From Felis catus (taxonomy: Eukaryota), in assembly GCF_018350175.1 (NCBI RefSeq), contig NC_058368.1, forward strand, positions 114,392,001-114,456,000: a stretch of DNA of 64,000 nucleotides, written 5' to 3'. Position numbers and translations under genes: made by a program. Positions 35,101 to 46,100 of this stretch are shown here, in pieces; positions within the stretch are counted from its first letter, which is position 1, and every line of letters starts with the position of its first letter. The notes under the pieces are model-generated. The model saw only the letters and a list, made by a program, of their open reading frames with translations, searched no databases and was not told the origin of the DNA.

Positions 35101-38100
35101 AACAGCTGCCAGGGGTAAAGACCAGAGGTTGCAACCCAAGTTGCTCCTTCTAAGGCCACTGCAGACCATAGGGGAGATGGACTACTCTAGGGTTGATACC
35201 CTGTACATTGGCTTCTTCCCCAGAAATGAGTCACCGATGGGCACAGCCAGACACTGCCCCTGTGAGTGTCCCCGCAGACATCCGCTTCTCCATCTGGATC
35301 TCCTTCTTTGAGATCTACAATGAACTGCTTTATGACCTGTTAGAACCGCCTAGCCAGCAGCGCAAGAGGCAGACTCTGCGGCTGTGTGAGGATCAGAATG
35401 GCAATCCCTATGTGAAAGGTATGGGAAAGTGGGAGGCAGGGGACAACCCTGAAAGGGGACTTGGGAGAAACCAGGAAAAGTTAGGTGCTCCCATCTTATG
35501 TATTCCTCTCTCTTCTTTGCTTTAGATCTCAATTGGGTTCATGTTCAGGATGCTGAGGAGGCCTGGAAGCTGCTCAAAGTGGGTCGTAAAAACCAGAGCT
35601 TTGCCAGTACCCATCTGAACCAGAACTCTAGCCGCAGGTGAATGGGTTGTGAGAGTCAGCTTTTCACTGTGTTCTAGGAAACATTGGTCCTCTACATAGT
35701 CATGGAAGATATACAGTAACTTCTCTTTTTTTCTTGATTTCCAGTCACAGCATCTTCTCAATCCGGATCCTGCACCTTCAAGGGGAAGGGGATATCATCC
35801 CCAAGATCAGCGAGTAAGTTTTTCCACTTAGAAATTTGGGCTTTGGAGCGCCTGGGTGACTCAGTTCGTTGAGCATCTGACTTCGGCTCAGGTCGTAATC
35901 TCACAGTTTGTGAGTTTGAGCCCCATATTGGGCTTGCTGCTGTCAGCCCAGAGACCCCTTTGGATCCTATGTCTCCCTCTCTCTCTGCCCTTCCCCCTCT
36001 TGTGATCTCTGTCTCAAAAATAAATAAATCTTTAAAAAAAAAAAAAAGAGGGGCGCCTGGGTGGCTCAGTCGGTTGGGGGACCGACTTCTGCTTAGGTCA
36101 TGATCTCACTGCTAGTGAGTTCGAGCCCCACATCGGGCTCTGTGCTGACAGCTCAGAGACTGGAGCCTGCTTCAGATTCTGTGTCTCCCTCTCTCTGCCC
36201 CAACCCCCGCTTGTGCTCTGTCTCTCTTGGTCTCTCAAAAGTAAATAAACATTAAAAAAAATTAAAAAAAGAAAGAAATTTGGACTTCTTGGTCATAGGT
36301 GGTAATAGAAATAGGGCATAAGGGAGGGCCTCAGAGGAATTACTTCTGTTAGAGTCTTGCTCTGTTTCCTTGAGTACAGAGATTCTTGGTGGGTCCTCCC
36401 CTCCCCAGAACAATATGAAGGGCTGGAAAGCTCATAACATGTGGGGTCCTTATGTCAGATCCTGTCCATTCTTCAAGGTTGTCACTTTGTGATCTGGCTG
36501 GCTCAGAACGCTGCAAAGATCAGAAGAGTGGTGAGCGGCTGAAGGAAGCAGGAAACATTAATACTTCTTTGCACACCCTGGGCCGCTGTATTGCTGCCCT
36601 GCGCCAAAACCAGCAGAATCGGTGAGCTTCTGATTACAAGCCATGCGCTAGGATGATCTGGAGCACTACAGTTTGCTGAGAGAACTTCCTGGTCACCACT
36701 GGGGATGGTGCTGGGTTACACCAAAGGCTGAAATTCTGCTCAAAGCTCTGTTCTCCCTGCTAGGTCAAAGCAGAACCTGGTTCCCTTTCGTGACAGCAAG
36801 TTGACTCGAGTGTTCCAAGGCTTCTTCACAGGCCGAGGCCGCTCCTGCATGATTGTCAATGTGAATCCCTGTGCATCTACCTATGATGAGACCCTTCATG
36901 TGGCCAAGTTCTCAGCCATTGCCAGCCAGGTAAGAAGTTGTAGGTGTGATGGTTGTGCTCACTTTGGGCTGGTACCTTTATTTAAGGAATCTACTAGGGA
37001 CTAGTTATGAATTCAGTTGATTTCCCACCCCACCCCTAGCTTGTGCATGCTCCACCTGTGCAACTGGGATTCCCATTGCTACATTCATTCATCAAGGAAC
37101 ACAGTCTACGGGCATCTCCCAGCTTAGAGACAGGAGTTAAGACAGATCCAGGCCTTGATGAGGACACTGAAAATGAAGCTGACATTTCCATGTATGGCAA
37201 GGAGGTGAGAATGCAAAAAAGCTTTGGTGTATCAGCTTTATGGCCATGTATTTTCCATGCTGCCTTCCATCTAATCGCCTCTGTTTCTCCTAGGAGCTCC
37301 TACAAGTGGTAGAAGCCATGAAAGCACTGCTTTGTAAAGAACGGCAAGAAAAGTTGCAGCTGGAGATTCAGCTTCGTGATGAAATTTGCAATGAGATGGT
37401 GGAGCAGATGCAGCAGCGGGAACAGTGGTGCAGGTACCAGCTGAATGACTCCTCTTGGTCTGTCAATAGGACCAGAGGGTGGGAAATAGAAACTATCATA
37501 GATCTTGTGCCTCAAGATCTGTCTCCCAAGCTTGCTTCTCAGAATCTTCACTCATCTTCTCTTTTTTTAAAAAAATGTTTTATTGAAATATAAATGACAC
37601 ACAATGTTATATTAGTTTCACATGTACAACCTAGGGATTTGACACTTCTGTACATTATTCAGTGCTCACAATAGTAGTCACCATCTAGAGCACCTGGGTA
37701 GCTCAGTTGGGTAAGCATATGACTTTTGATTTTGGCTCAGGTTATGATCTGACAGTTTGTGAGTTCCAGCGCAGAGCTTGGTTGAGATTCTCTCTCTCTC
37801 TCCCTCTCTCTCTCTGTCTCCCACTCATGCATCCATGCTTTCTCTCTCTCTGTCTCAAAAAAAAGAAAGTGTAGTCCCCATTGGTCAACCATACATTATT
37901 ATAATATTATTGAGCGTATTCCCTGTTTTACTTTTCATCTCTGTGACTTATTTATTTTATAACTGGAAGTTTGTACCTTTGAACTGCTTTTACCTATTTT
38001 ACCCATTTCCCCTACCCCCCTGCCCTCCAGTTTGTTCCCTGTATTTAAAAGTCTGTTTTTTGTTTTAAAGTTGAGACCTGCATGGGGTGAGCTTGAGCCT

Positions 38101-41100
38101 TGCTTTAGGCCTCATGCTGACAGTGTGGAGCCTGTGTAGGATTCTCTCTCTGCCCCTCAGTCACCTGCACCATCTCTCTCTCTCTCAAAAATAAATTTAA
38201 AAAAGGGGCATCTGAGTGGGTCGGTTGAGCGTCTGACTTTAGCTCAGGTCATGATCTCACGGTTCGTGAGTTCGAGCCCCACATCAGCTTGCTGCCTTCA
38301 GGCTGTCAGCGCAGAGCCCACTTCCTTTCCTCTGCTCCCCTCACTGGTTTGTGCTCTCCAAGAAAACAAAACAACAAAAAAAATGACAAGACTGGGGGCA
38401 CCTGGGTGACTCAGTCAGTTAAGCGTCCAACTTCTGCTCAGGTCATGATCTTGCAGTTTGTGGGTTTGAGCCCCACATCGGGCTCTGTGCTGACAGCTCA
38501 GAGCCTGAAGCCTGCTTCTGATAGTGTGTCTCCCTCTCTCTCTGCCCCTCCCCTGTTCACTCTCTGTCTCTCAATAATAAATAAATGTTAAAAAAAACTT
38601 TTTTAAGTGACAAGACTGGAATAAAGTCTTAAGTTTAAAAATAAATAATTTTAAGTTTAATAGTATTTTTAAGTTCATGTGTTTTTAGATTTCACATATA
38701 AGTGAAATCATATGGTATTTTGTCTTTCTATTTATTTTGAGAGACAAAACATGAGTGGGGAGGGTCAGAGAGAGGAGACAGCAAAAATCCCAAGCAGACT
38801 CCACACCAACAGTGCAGAGCCCATTGCAGGGCTCAAATGCACAAAGTGAGATCACAACCTGAGCCACAGTCAGATGCTCAACCAACTGAGCCACTCAGGT
38901 ACCCATCTGATTTTGCTTAACCGAAGACTTGTCTCTGTCCATCCATATCACTGTAAACGGCAAGATTTCATTCTGTATAGCTGAGGAATATTGTGTGTGA
39001 GTGTGTGCATGCGTGTGTATGGATACCACATCTTCTTTATCCATTTTTCTCCTCTGAAAGTGAACATTTGGATACCCAAAAGGAACTGTTAGAGGAAATG
39101 TATGAAGAGAAACTAAAGATCCTCAAGGAATCACTGACAAGTTTTTACCAAGACGAGCTTCAGGTGAGTTGTCCTGAACCAGCCCCAGCCAGCTACTGAT
39201 TCCCATCACTGGGTTGCCTGAGATAAATAGATTTTATAAATGCTGGTACAGCAGGAATATGTAACTCAAGTTTTTTCTAGTGTCTTTGGTACTATATATG
39301 TGTCAGTCTATGAATTGATTAAGGATTTGTTTGGCCTAGAAAATGGTATAAGTGCTAACAGGCATTAAGTGTCAGGGAAGGTTTTATTCACCATTTGGCC
39401 ATCTGTTCCTGTAGGATTTGTCTGACTGTGGATGGAATTGTGTTCTCTGCTTCCCTCTTAGGAGCGGGATGAGAAAATAGAAGAGCTAGAAGCGCTTTTG
39501 CAGGAAGCCAGACAGCAGCCAATAGCCCATCAACAACCAGGGTCTGAATTGTCCCTTCGGCGGTCACAAAGGTTGGCGGCTTCTGCCTCCAGCCAGCAGC
39601 TCCAGGAGGTTAAAGCTAAACTGGAACAGTGCAGAGCAGAGCTACGTTCCACCACTGAAGGTGAGAGGTCACAAAGCATGAGAGTGGTTCAGAGAACTGG
39701 TTTTCAAACTTGGGCCTTCTGACTCCAACTCCAAAATACTTTCATCAACTTGGACCTGTATCTCCCTAACCTCTCACTCTAGATTGCACATTGCCTCACT
39801 TTCTGTATTTGTTGCAAGCTACTGTTAACTCAGTTAAGAGGGAAGTCGAAGGCTAGAAAGCCTACATTTTGAAGTTTCTTTTTTCCTTCTCTCAGAACTA
39901 CAGAAGTATCAGAAAATGTTAGAACCACCACCATCAGCCAAGCCCTTCACCATTGATGTGGACAAGAAATTAGAGGAGGGACAGAAGGTAATTGATACCT
40001 TTCTCTGTTACCAAGGCTCTTACATAAAGCAATTTCCTTTCCAATCTGATTTACATGAGGACCAGGGGGTTTTTGTGCTGTCCTGGAGAGTGGCTATTTC
40101 ATTTAACTGACTAGCCTTTCTAATTTTACGTCTCTCAAATGGCTGTTGAATGCCTCCAGATCATTATCCTGGTTGGTCTTGGCCAGTGTGGTTCCTACTC
40201 GTTTTTTTTCAGAATATAAGACTGCTGCGGACAGAGCTTCAGAAACTTGGTGAGTCTCTCCAGTCAGCAGAAAGAGCCTGTTGCCACAGCACTGGGGCAG
40301 GAAAACTTCGCCAAGCCTTGACCACTTGTGATGACATCTTAATCAAACAGGTAAGGACACCCTATATATTTCCTTCTCTCACATCAGCCCACCCCAGAGT
40401 ATATGTGAGAAAAAAGAATGAGAAGCAGATGAGAAAGGCAGACATTTGGGGGCTGATTTTAGAATAAGAGTTTGTTTTCTTTGCAAAATAAAAATAACCA
40501 TTCACTAAGTACAAGGCACTATGCTATGTAATTTATAGGTGTTTTCTCTGTTGTAACAACCTGATGAAAATAAATAGTATTGTATTTCATCCAAAATGTG
40601 TAGACTTTAAGGGGTGCCTGGCTGGCTCAGGCAGTAGAGCATGAGACTCTTGATCTCGAGGTCATAAGTTTAGTTTATTCTTTTAATTAAAAAAAAAATG
40701 TTTTTAATGTTTATTTTTCTGAGAGAGAGACAGAATGCAAGCAGGGGAGGGGCAAAAGAGAGGGAGACACAGAATCTGAAGCAGGATCCAGGCTGTGAGC
40801 CGGCAGCACAGAGCCCAATGTAGGCCTCAAACCCACAAACTGAGATCATGACCTGACACAAAGTTGAACCCTTAACGGACTGAGCCGCCCAAGCACCCCA
40901 AGTGGGTGTAGAGATTAGCAAAAATAAGTAAATAAACTAAAAAATAAAAAGGAGCTGTGTATCTTGATTTGATACCTAGGCACTAACGTTCTTGGAGGTT
41001 AAGTAAACTTATTCGAGTTCATGCCACCTCATGGTAAAAAATGTCTTCCTCTTCAGTGCTATTTGTTGGGGTCTTAAGGAAAATACCCCCTATTCCATTA

Positions 41101-41546
41101 AAAGCTCTAACTTAAAGAATTAATCTTTTTAAAAACAGTTGTTAATAACAGATGGTAAGTACCTTACCCTTTTGTTTCTATAATACACCAGACAGAAAGG
41201 CTTTCTGTAACTTTATTCATCTTTCTAGGATCAGACCCTGGCTGAGCTGCAGAATAACATGATGCTAGTGAAACTGGACCTTCGGAAGAAGGCAGCATGC
41301 ATCGCAGAGCAGTATCATACTGTACTAAAACTCCAAGGCCAGGCTTCTACCAAAAAACGCCTTGGTGCCAACCAGGAAAACCAGCAACCAAACCAACAGC
41401 CCCCAGGGAAGAAACCATTTCTTCGAAACTTACTTCCCAGAACACCCACCTGCCAAAGCTCAACAGACTGTAGCCCTTATGCGCGGATCCTGCGCTCACG
41501 GCGCTCCCCTTTACTAAAATCCGGGCCCTTTGGCAAAAAATACTAA
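32196..41546 (+). CDS. KIF20A: Kinesin-6 family motor KIF20A (MKLP2/Rabkinesin-6), 890 aa
   Basis: Coding exons: 32196-32360, 33500-33589, 33693-33812, 34384-34522, 34638-34825, 34912-35041, 35224-35418, 35526-35637, 35745-35813, 36478-36621, 36764-36929, 37040-37204, 37294-37433, 39061-39163, 39462-39660, 39896-39987, 40213-40350, 41229-41546. Sum is 2673 nt = 890 aa + TAA. Starts [17 protein letters not shown]; has P-loop GVTNSGKT, switch I SSRSH, switch [18 protein letters not shown] and a coiled coil; ends KSGPFGKKY*. Confidence 0.98.
32722..32930 (-). mobile_element. MER20-like DNA transposon fossil in KIF20A intron 2
   Basis: Reverse-complement similarity to 51311-51540 (gacattt-tggccagataatt, ctggcctctacccactagatg, tgtgacaaccaa, ggttgaga). 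Confidence 0.75.
35845..36270 (+). mobile_element. Tandem Can-SINE pair in KIF20A intron 10
   Basis: Two head-to-tail SINEs, flanked by agaaatttgg(g/a)ctt. Confidence 0.9.
37563..39045 (-). mobile_element. Older LINE-1 3' fragment in KIF20A intron 14, split by about five Can-SINEs
   Basis: Collinear antisense L1 pieces at ~37563-37685, 37865-38070, 38685-38727 and 38905-39045. SINEs at ~37687-37865, 38080-38200, 38204-38380, 38394-38600 (+) and 38728-38904 (-). Confidence 0.75.
40611..40945. mobile_element. Short Can-SINE (+) interrupted by a full Can-SINE (-)
   Basis: Head at 40611-40670, inverted SINE at ~40690-40900, then the short-form tail tgggtgtagagatta...aaataa. Confidence 0.8.
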
Positions 41547-41754
41547 GGCTGTAGGGAAGGAGAGAGCAGTCGTTGCTCTGAGGCGGGTCAGCTGCTGGAC
41601 AAATAGGTCTCTTTTAAGCTTTACCACATACCTGGAACTGTATCCAGAATGCAATATACAGGTACTAGTTATTTTCTTCCCTTTTGTAATATAATCACCT
41701 ATGTAATCTCATTGCTTTTTTACTTATATGGTTTCTATGCACACACAAAGTTAT

Positions 41755-41764
41755 ATTAAATAAA
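41755..41764 (+). terminator. KIF20A polyadenylation signal (overlapping ATTAAA/AATAAA)
   Basis: ATTAAATAAA about 210 nt after the stop, followed by the T/GT-rich element ttttttgtttg. Confidence 0.75.
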
Positions 41765-42295
41765 CATATTCACATTTTTTGTTTGAATTCCGAATTTAAC
41801 AAATTCATTAAAACAGAACTTGTAAAATGGGAAAAAAAATTTAAAATTAAAAATTCAGGCCCTTTGGAACCTTGCACAGGAATGGCAGTAGAGACGTGTA
41901 ACTAGTGTACAGCTAAGAAAGCTTGGTAAAAAATGAATTCAAGGGACATTAGATATTCTAAACCTTCCTTAATATAAAGTGAAGTGTCAGACTTTAGTTG
42001 GTGAATGGGTAACAAACTTGTTCTGGAAACAGTAAAGGAAGGCTGGGCCCTGAGCTCAGAATAATCCATGGTATCTACAGTTCAAATTCATTACAGCAGA
42101 CATTACAAGCATAGCATATATTACCTCCTACTGAATACACATGCACAGGCCTGAAACCCTCCAAGAGCACAGCAAGAATGACTCCCTTTGCCTTGTCTAA
42201 ACAGGTGAAGGCTGAAAGGAACCATTCTGTTGGGAGAAAATAGGCATGGGGGTGGGGGGGGGGGGCAGGTAGGGAACATAACTACATCAAAAATA

Positions 42296-42330
42296 TTTAT
42301 TACAACAGACCAGGTTGAAATGGGTTTATT
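42296..42330 (-). terminator. Candidate CDC23 polyadenylation signals
   Basis: Two minus-strand AATAAA at 42325-42330 and 42296-42301, about 0.8 kb after the stop codon. Confidence 0.6.
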
Positions 42331-43104
42331 CTTGTCTATACGGTCACAAAACCTAACACCTCTTGAACATCCATGAAATTATCTGTAATCCTGACTCCTT
42401 GCTTCGCTTTAGTAAGAGTATAGGTAACTCCATAGGCTCTTTTGCCATCAACAGTTCCATGCAAAGTAAGATTCTTTTTGCCCCCTCTTTCATTCAACTC
42501 TAGTAAGTTAATTCCAATATGAAAATTTCTATGAAGAGTTCTTAAAATTATGTTTCTGAAGAATGTCCCCCCAGAGCAAGAACAAATGTGTAGCTTCCGT
42601 TTAAATCTTACCTCTGACAGCATAGTCATGCTCAGTAAATCCAGAATGATGAGGTCATGTCTATCCGGTACCCTCACCTTCCTAGGGTATCCAGTGCCCC
42701 TACTGCCTACAGAGGGTAGAGTGGCACACTGTTCTCCCTTCCATCCCTCCCTAAAGAAATCTCTCACTCCCAGCAGCATTAAAACTTGGTTTCTGTAAGC
42801 CTTGCCTGTACTAAAGTGCTGTTAAAGGGATGTCTTTTAGATGGGGAGAAAAGGTCTGGGGAGAAGGCCCAGATTCGTAGCCACTCTCTGAACAGAAGGG
42901 AAACAGAAGTGCTTCTAACCGGCAAAAGACCATGTCCGTTCCTGCCAGGATTATTCTGTCAGATTCTGTAAACCATCCCCAAGGAGCTGTTTCCATCTGT
43001 ACAAACGGACAACTAAGGTCCTTGGAAGAACAGATGTGGCCATTCCTTACACAGAAGTAAGGCTTAACATGGGTCTAGTAGTGTGCTGGCTTGAAAACAG
43101 CCAA

Positions 43105-46100
43105 CTACGGTGTGACTGAAGACAGGTTGAGTGGAGAAACTCTGCGTGTGGGAGTGTTGTTAGCAGAAAGTGAAGCAGGGAGGAAAAAGGGAGCAGGCAT
43201 CTCAGTGGAGGGAGTCTCCCCTTGGTTCCGAAGCTGTAGGATTTGCCGGAGCAAGGCCTTGCCTTCTTCCCGGGTCTGAAACAAAATCAGAAAAGTGTTT
43301 CAAAGTCTATCCAAGGCTATTCTCAAAAACCAGCTCTAAAATACTGATGTAAAAGTTTCACAGATCAAGGAAGCCTTTCCACTTACCTTCTTACCCATCT
43401 TCCACTCTCAGATGATCATAACCATCATATGTTTTGTTTGTTTTTAAATTTATTTTAAGAGAAAGAGCAAAGGCAGGGGAGGGGCAGAGAGACAGGAAGA
43501 GAGAACCCCAAGCAGGATCCACACTGTCAACGCAGAGCCCAAGGTGGGGCTCAAACTCGCGAACCGTGAGATCATGACCTGAGCCAAAACCAAGAGTTGA
43601 ATGCTCAACCGACTGAGCCACCCAGGTGCCTCTTAAACATCATATGTTTGAACCTAAAATCCAAACCCTTGAGCAAAGAACTGCTACTCACATCATTGAA
43701 TGCACAACACTTTTGGGCACAAGTTGAAGCTTCATCCCACAGCTTGCACTTAAAATAGTACTGTGCCAAATAACGGAAAGCAGTGCTCTCCTCCAAGTGC
43801 TCCACTATTTCCTGGATAAGGAAAGCAAGAATGACTAAGGCGATGAGAATACGATCAGCAACCCAGTTCGCATGGTCGTGAAACATACCCCACAGGAGTA
43901 GATGTCTTGGATATATTTGATGTAACACTGGGCAGCTTGTTCTGACTCAGTCAACTGTTCATGAAGCCTACAAAATAAATAGGTCTGTAAGTACAAATGA
44001 GATCTCAGAGCAAGCTAATGGTAAAACGCAAAGCACATGATTAAGACCCAAAAAATGGCAATACAGAGAAAACTACAAGGTTTGACATAAATGGCACACT
44101 GGGACCCAGAATAATATTAGTGTCCCAATGTGATGGATACCTCATCAAAACTCAGCCTCGTTCCTCTCCTACTGGTGATGGAGGGAGAGTAGGTAAATAC
44201 TTATAGTGGACAACACACCTTTGCAAAATTCTCTGATAATACTCTGAGCAAAATTTTAAAAAGACACCAAGCAATTCAGACTTTTTTCTAAGAATTCAGA
44301 AAAGAACTGGCATGAATAAGATTGCATTTAAGACTTGTTTGCCTGCTATTTCTGAGTCATTCCTTATTTCCTTGGGCTTTATCTGGAGGAGGATCAGTAC
44401 TTAAAGTAGTTTTCCTAGACTGCTTTGACATGAAAATTTCATTCCTTTCAATTCATTCTTGATCCCTTGCCTAACAGGAAAGCAGTTCCCCCTTTAGAGA
44501 GGAGTCTCCTGAGTCAAGATGGCTTAACTTCCAGACCAGTATTCACACACCCTGATGCATCTGCACACTCATGTAGGAGGACGATGGGGGCTCTAGAGAG
44601 TGCAGGATGAGCCGTACCAGAGAAGCCAACAGAAATAACAACAGCATTTCATTCCTTTCACTCACTTGGCCAGTTTCACCAGAGCCATTTTCTCCACATC
44701 TCCCACGGCGTAAGCTCTCCAATAACACTGTCAAAACAATAAACTGATCACTTTTGACCATTGTCCCATGTGCCATGACCTACCACATAAAGGCTCAAGT
44801 CCTACAAGCCTCCCAGAAGTTCAGATTTGCAGAATACAAAGCATTTGTACCAGACTGATAATCCCACTGACAATGTCAGCCGTGCTTTGCTTTTTAGCCT
44901 ATGCACCTATAAATACTTAAAACTTTCCTAGGTAGATAGATCAACATGAAGGAAAATTAGAGCACAGAGAGACCAACCCTTCATCCAAACAGCACATCTC
45001 CATTCAAATTCTCCAGGACCCAAATTCAGATACCTTTTTGGCTTCTACTAGTTGATTGAGTTTCTCATAACATTCTCCTAAAGCAACCAGCATACGAGAA
45101 TCATTCGGCCTAAGAAAGAGGAGGAATAGGCAGTCTGAGCAAAGACTTTAAAAAGTTACTAAAGTCCAACCTTGAGGACACACCACCAACAACCACTAAT
45201 TCAAATCCATGCAGGGATTAGCCTTTAATCCAATACTTCATATAATTACAGTATTTTATGTTCACAATTATACTACCAACTAACCCATCAGAATATACTG
45301 CATAAAAATGACCAAGGAGCATAGGGCAAGTTTACACCCAGGTCTCTAAGAGTGAAAACCATTCATTCACTGTGATTCTTCAGTAGCTATCAAAAGATAA
45401 AGTACTAGCCCTTCTCATAACAAACACATCATCAACTGGTCAGATTTACCGAAGCTGATGGGCCCGTCTGTAATAATAAAGGCAGTAAAATGGCATCTTG
45501 AGGATTTCATAGGTCTGTCCAAGCCCATACCAGGCTCTGTAGTCCCGTTTATTGACCTCAATGGCATGTCTACGAAACAAAAGAGAGATTGGTAAGAGGG
45601 GAGAATCAAGGTTAGAGACTTGCAGGCTCAAGAGAGGCTCCTAACATCAATCTCCTCCACCTCACCACTCAACCAGAAACTCACCTGTATGCCTGAATAG
45701 CAGCAGATGTGTTCTTCATTTCCATGTACTCATGTCCCATCAGTGTCCATGCCCCAAGATACCGAGGATTCAATTTCAGTGCTCTCTGGAAATATAAGGC
45801 TGCCTTCTCATGCTGAGAACGCAAACTATAGTAATTGCCTGATTGAAAAACAAAAGACATGTAAGTAACTAGAGAGATAAAAATAAAAGTTCCCTAAAAT
45901 AGCATTCCACAGAGCAGGCATGAAACTATAACTCATTCCCCCAAAGTATTTGCAGAAAAGCCAAAATGTACATGAAGGGAACATCATTATTCCCTTGGGA
46001 AATATACTCATCTATCACACATATTGGTTTAAAAAAAAAAAAATGTTCCCTAACACTTCAAGTTTTTCTTCAGTTTATTTCATCTGGATATAGCACTTAT

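Noticed and set aside
42336..42798. 147-aa and 82-aa ORFs in the CDC23 3'UTR region
   Set aside because: No recognisable domain or splice structure; length is compatible with chance.
45028..45033. Possible U12-type donor (gtatct) in CDC23
   Set aside because: It lacks the GTATCCTT consensus. All introns I reconstructed look like ordinary U2-type GT-AG.
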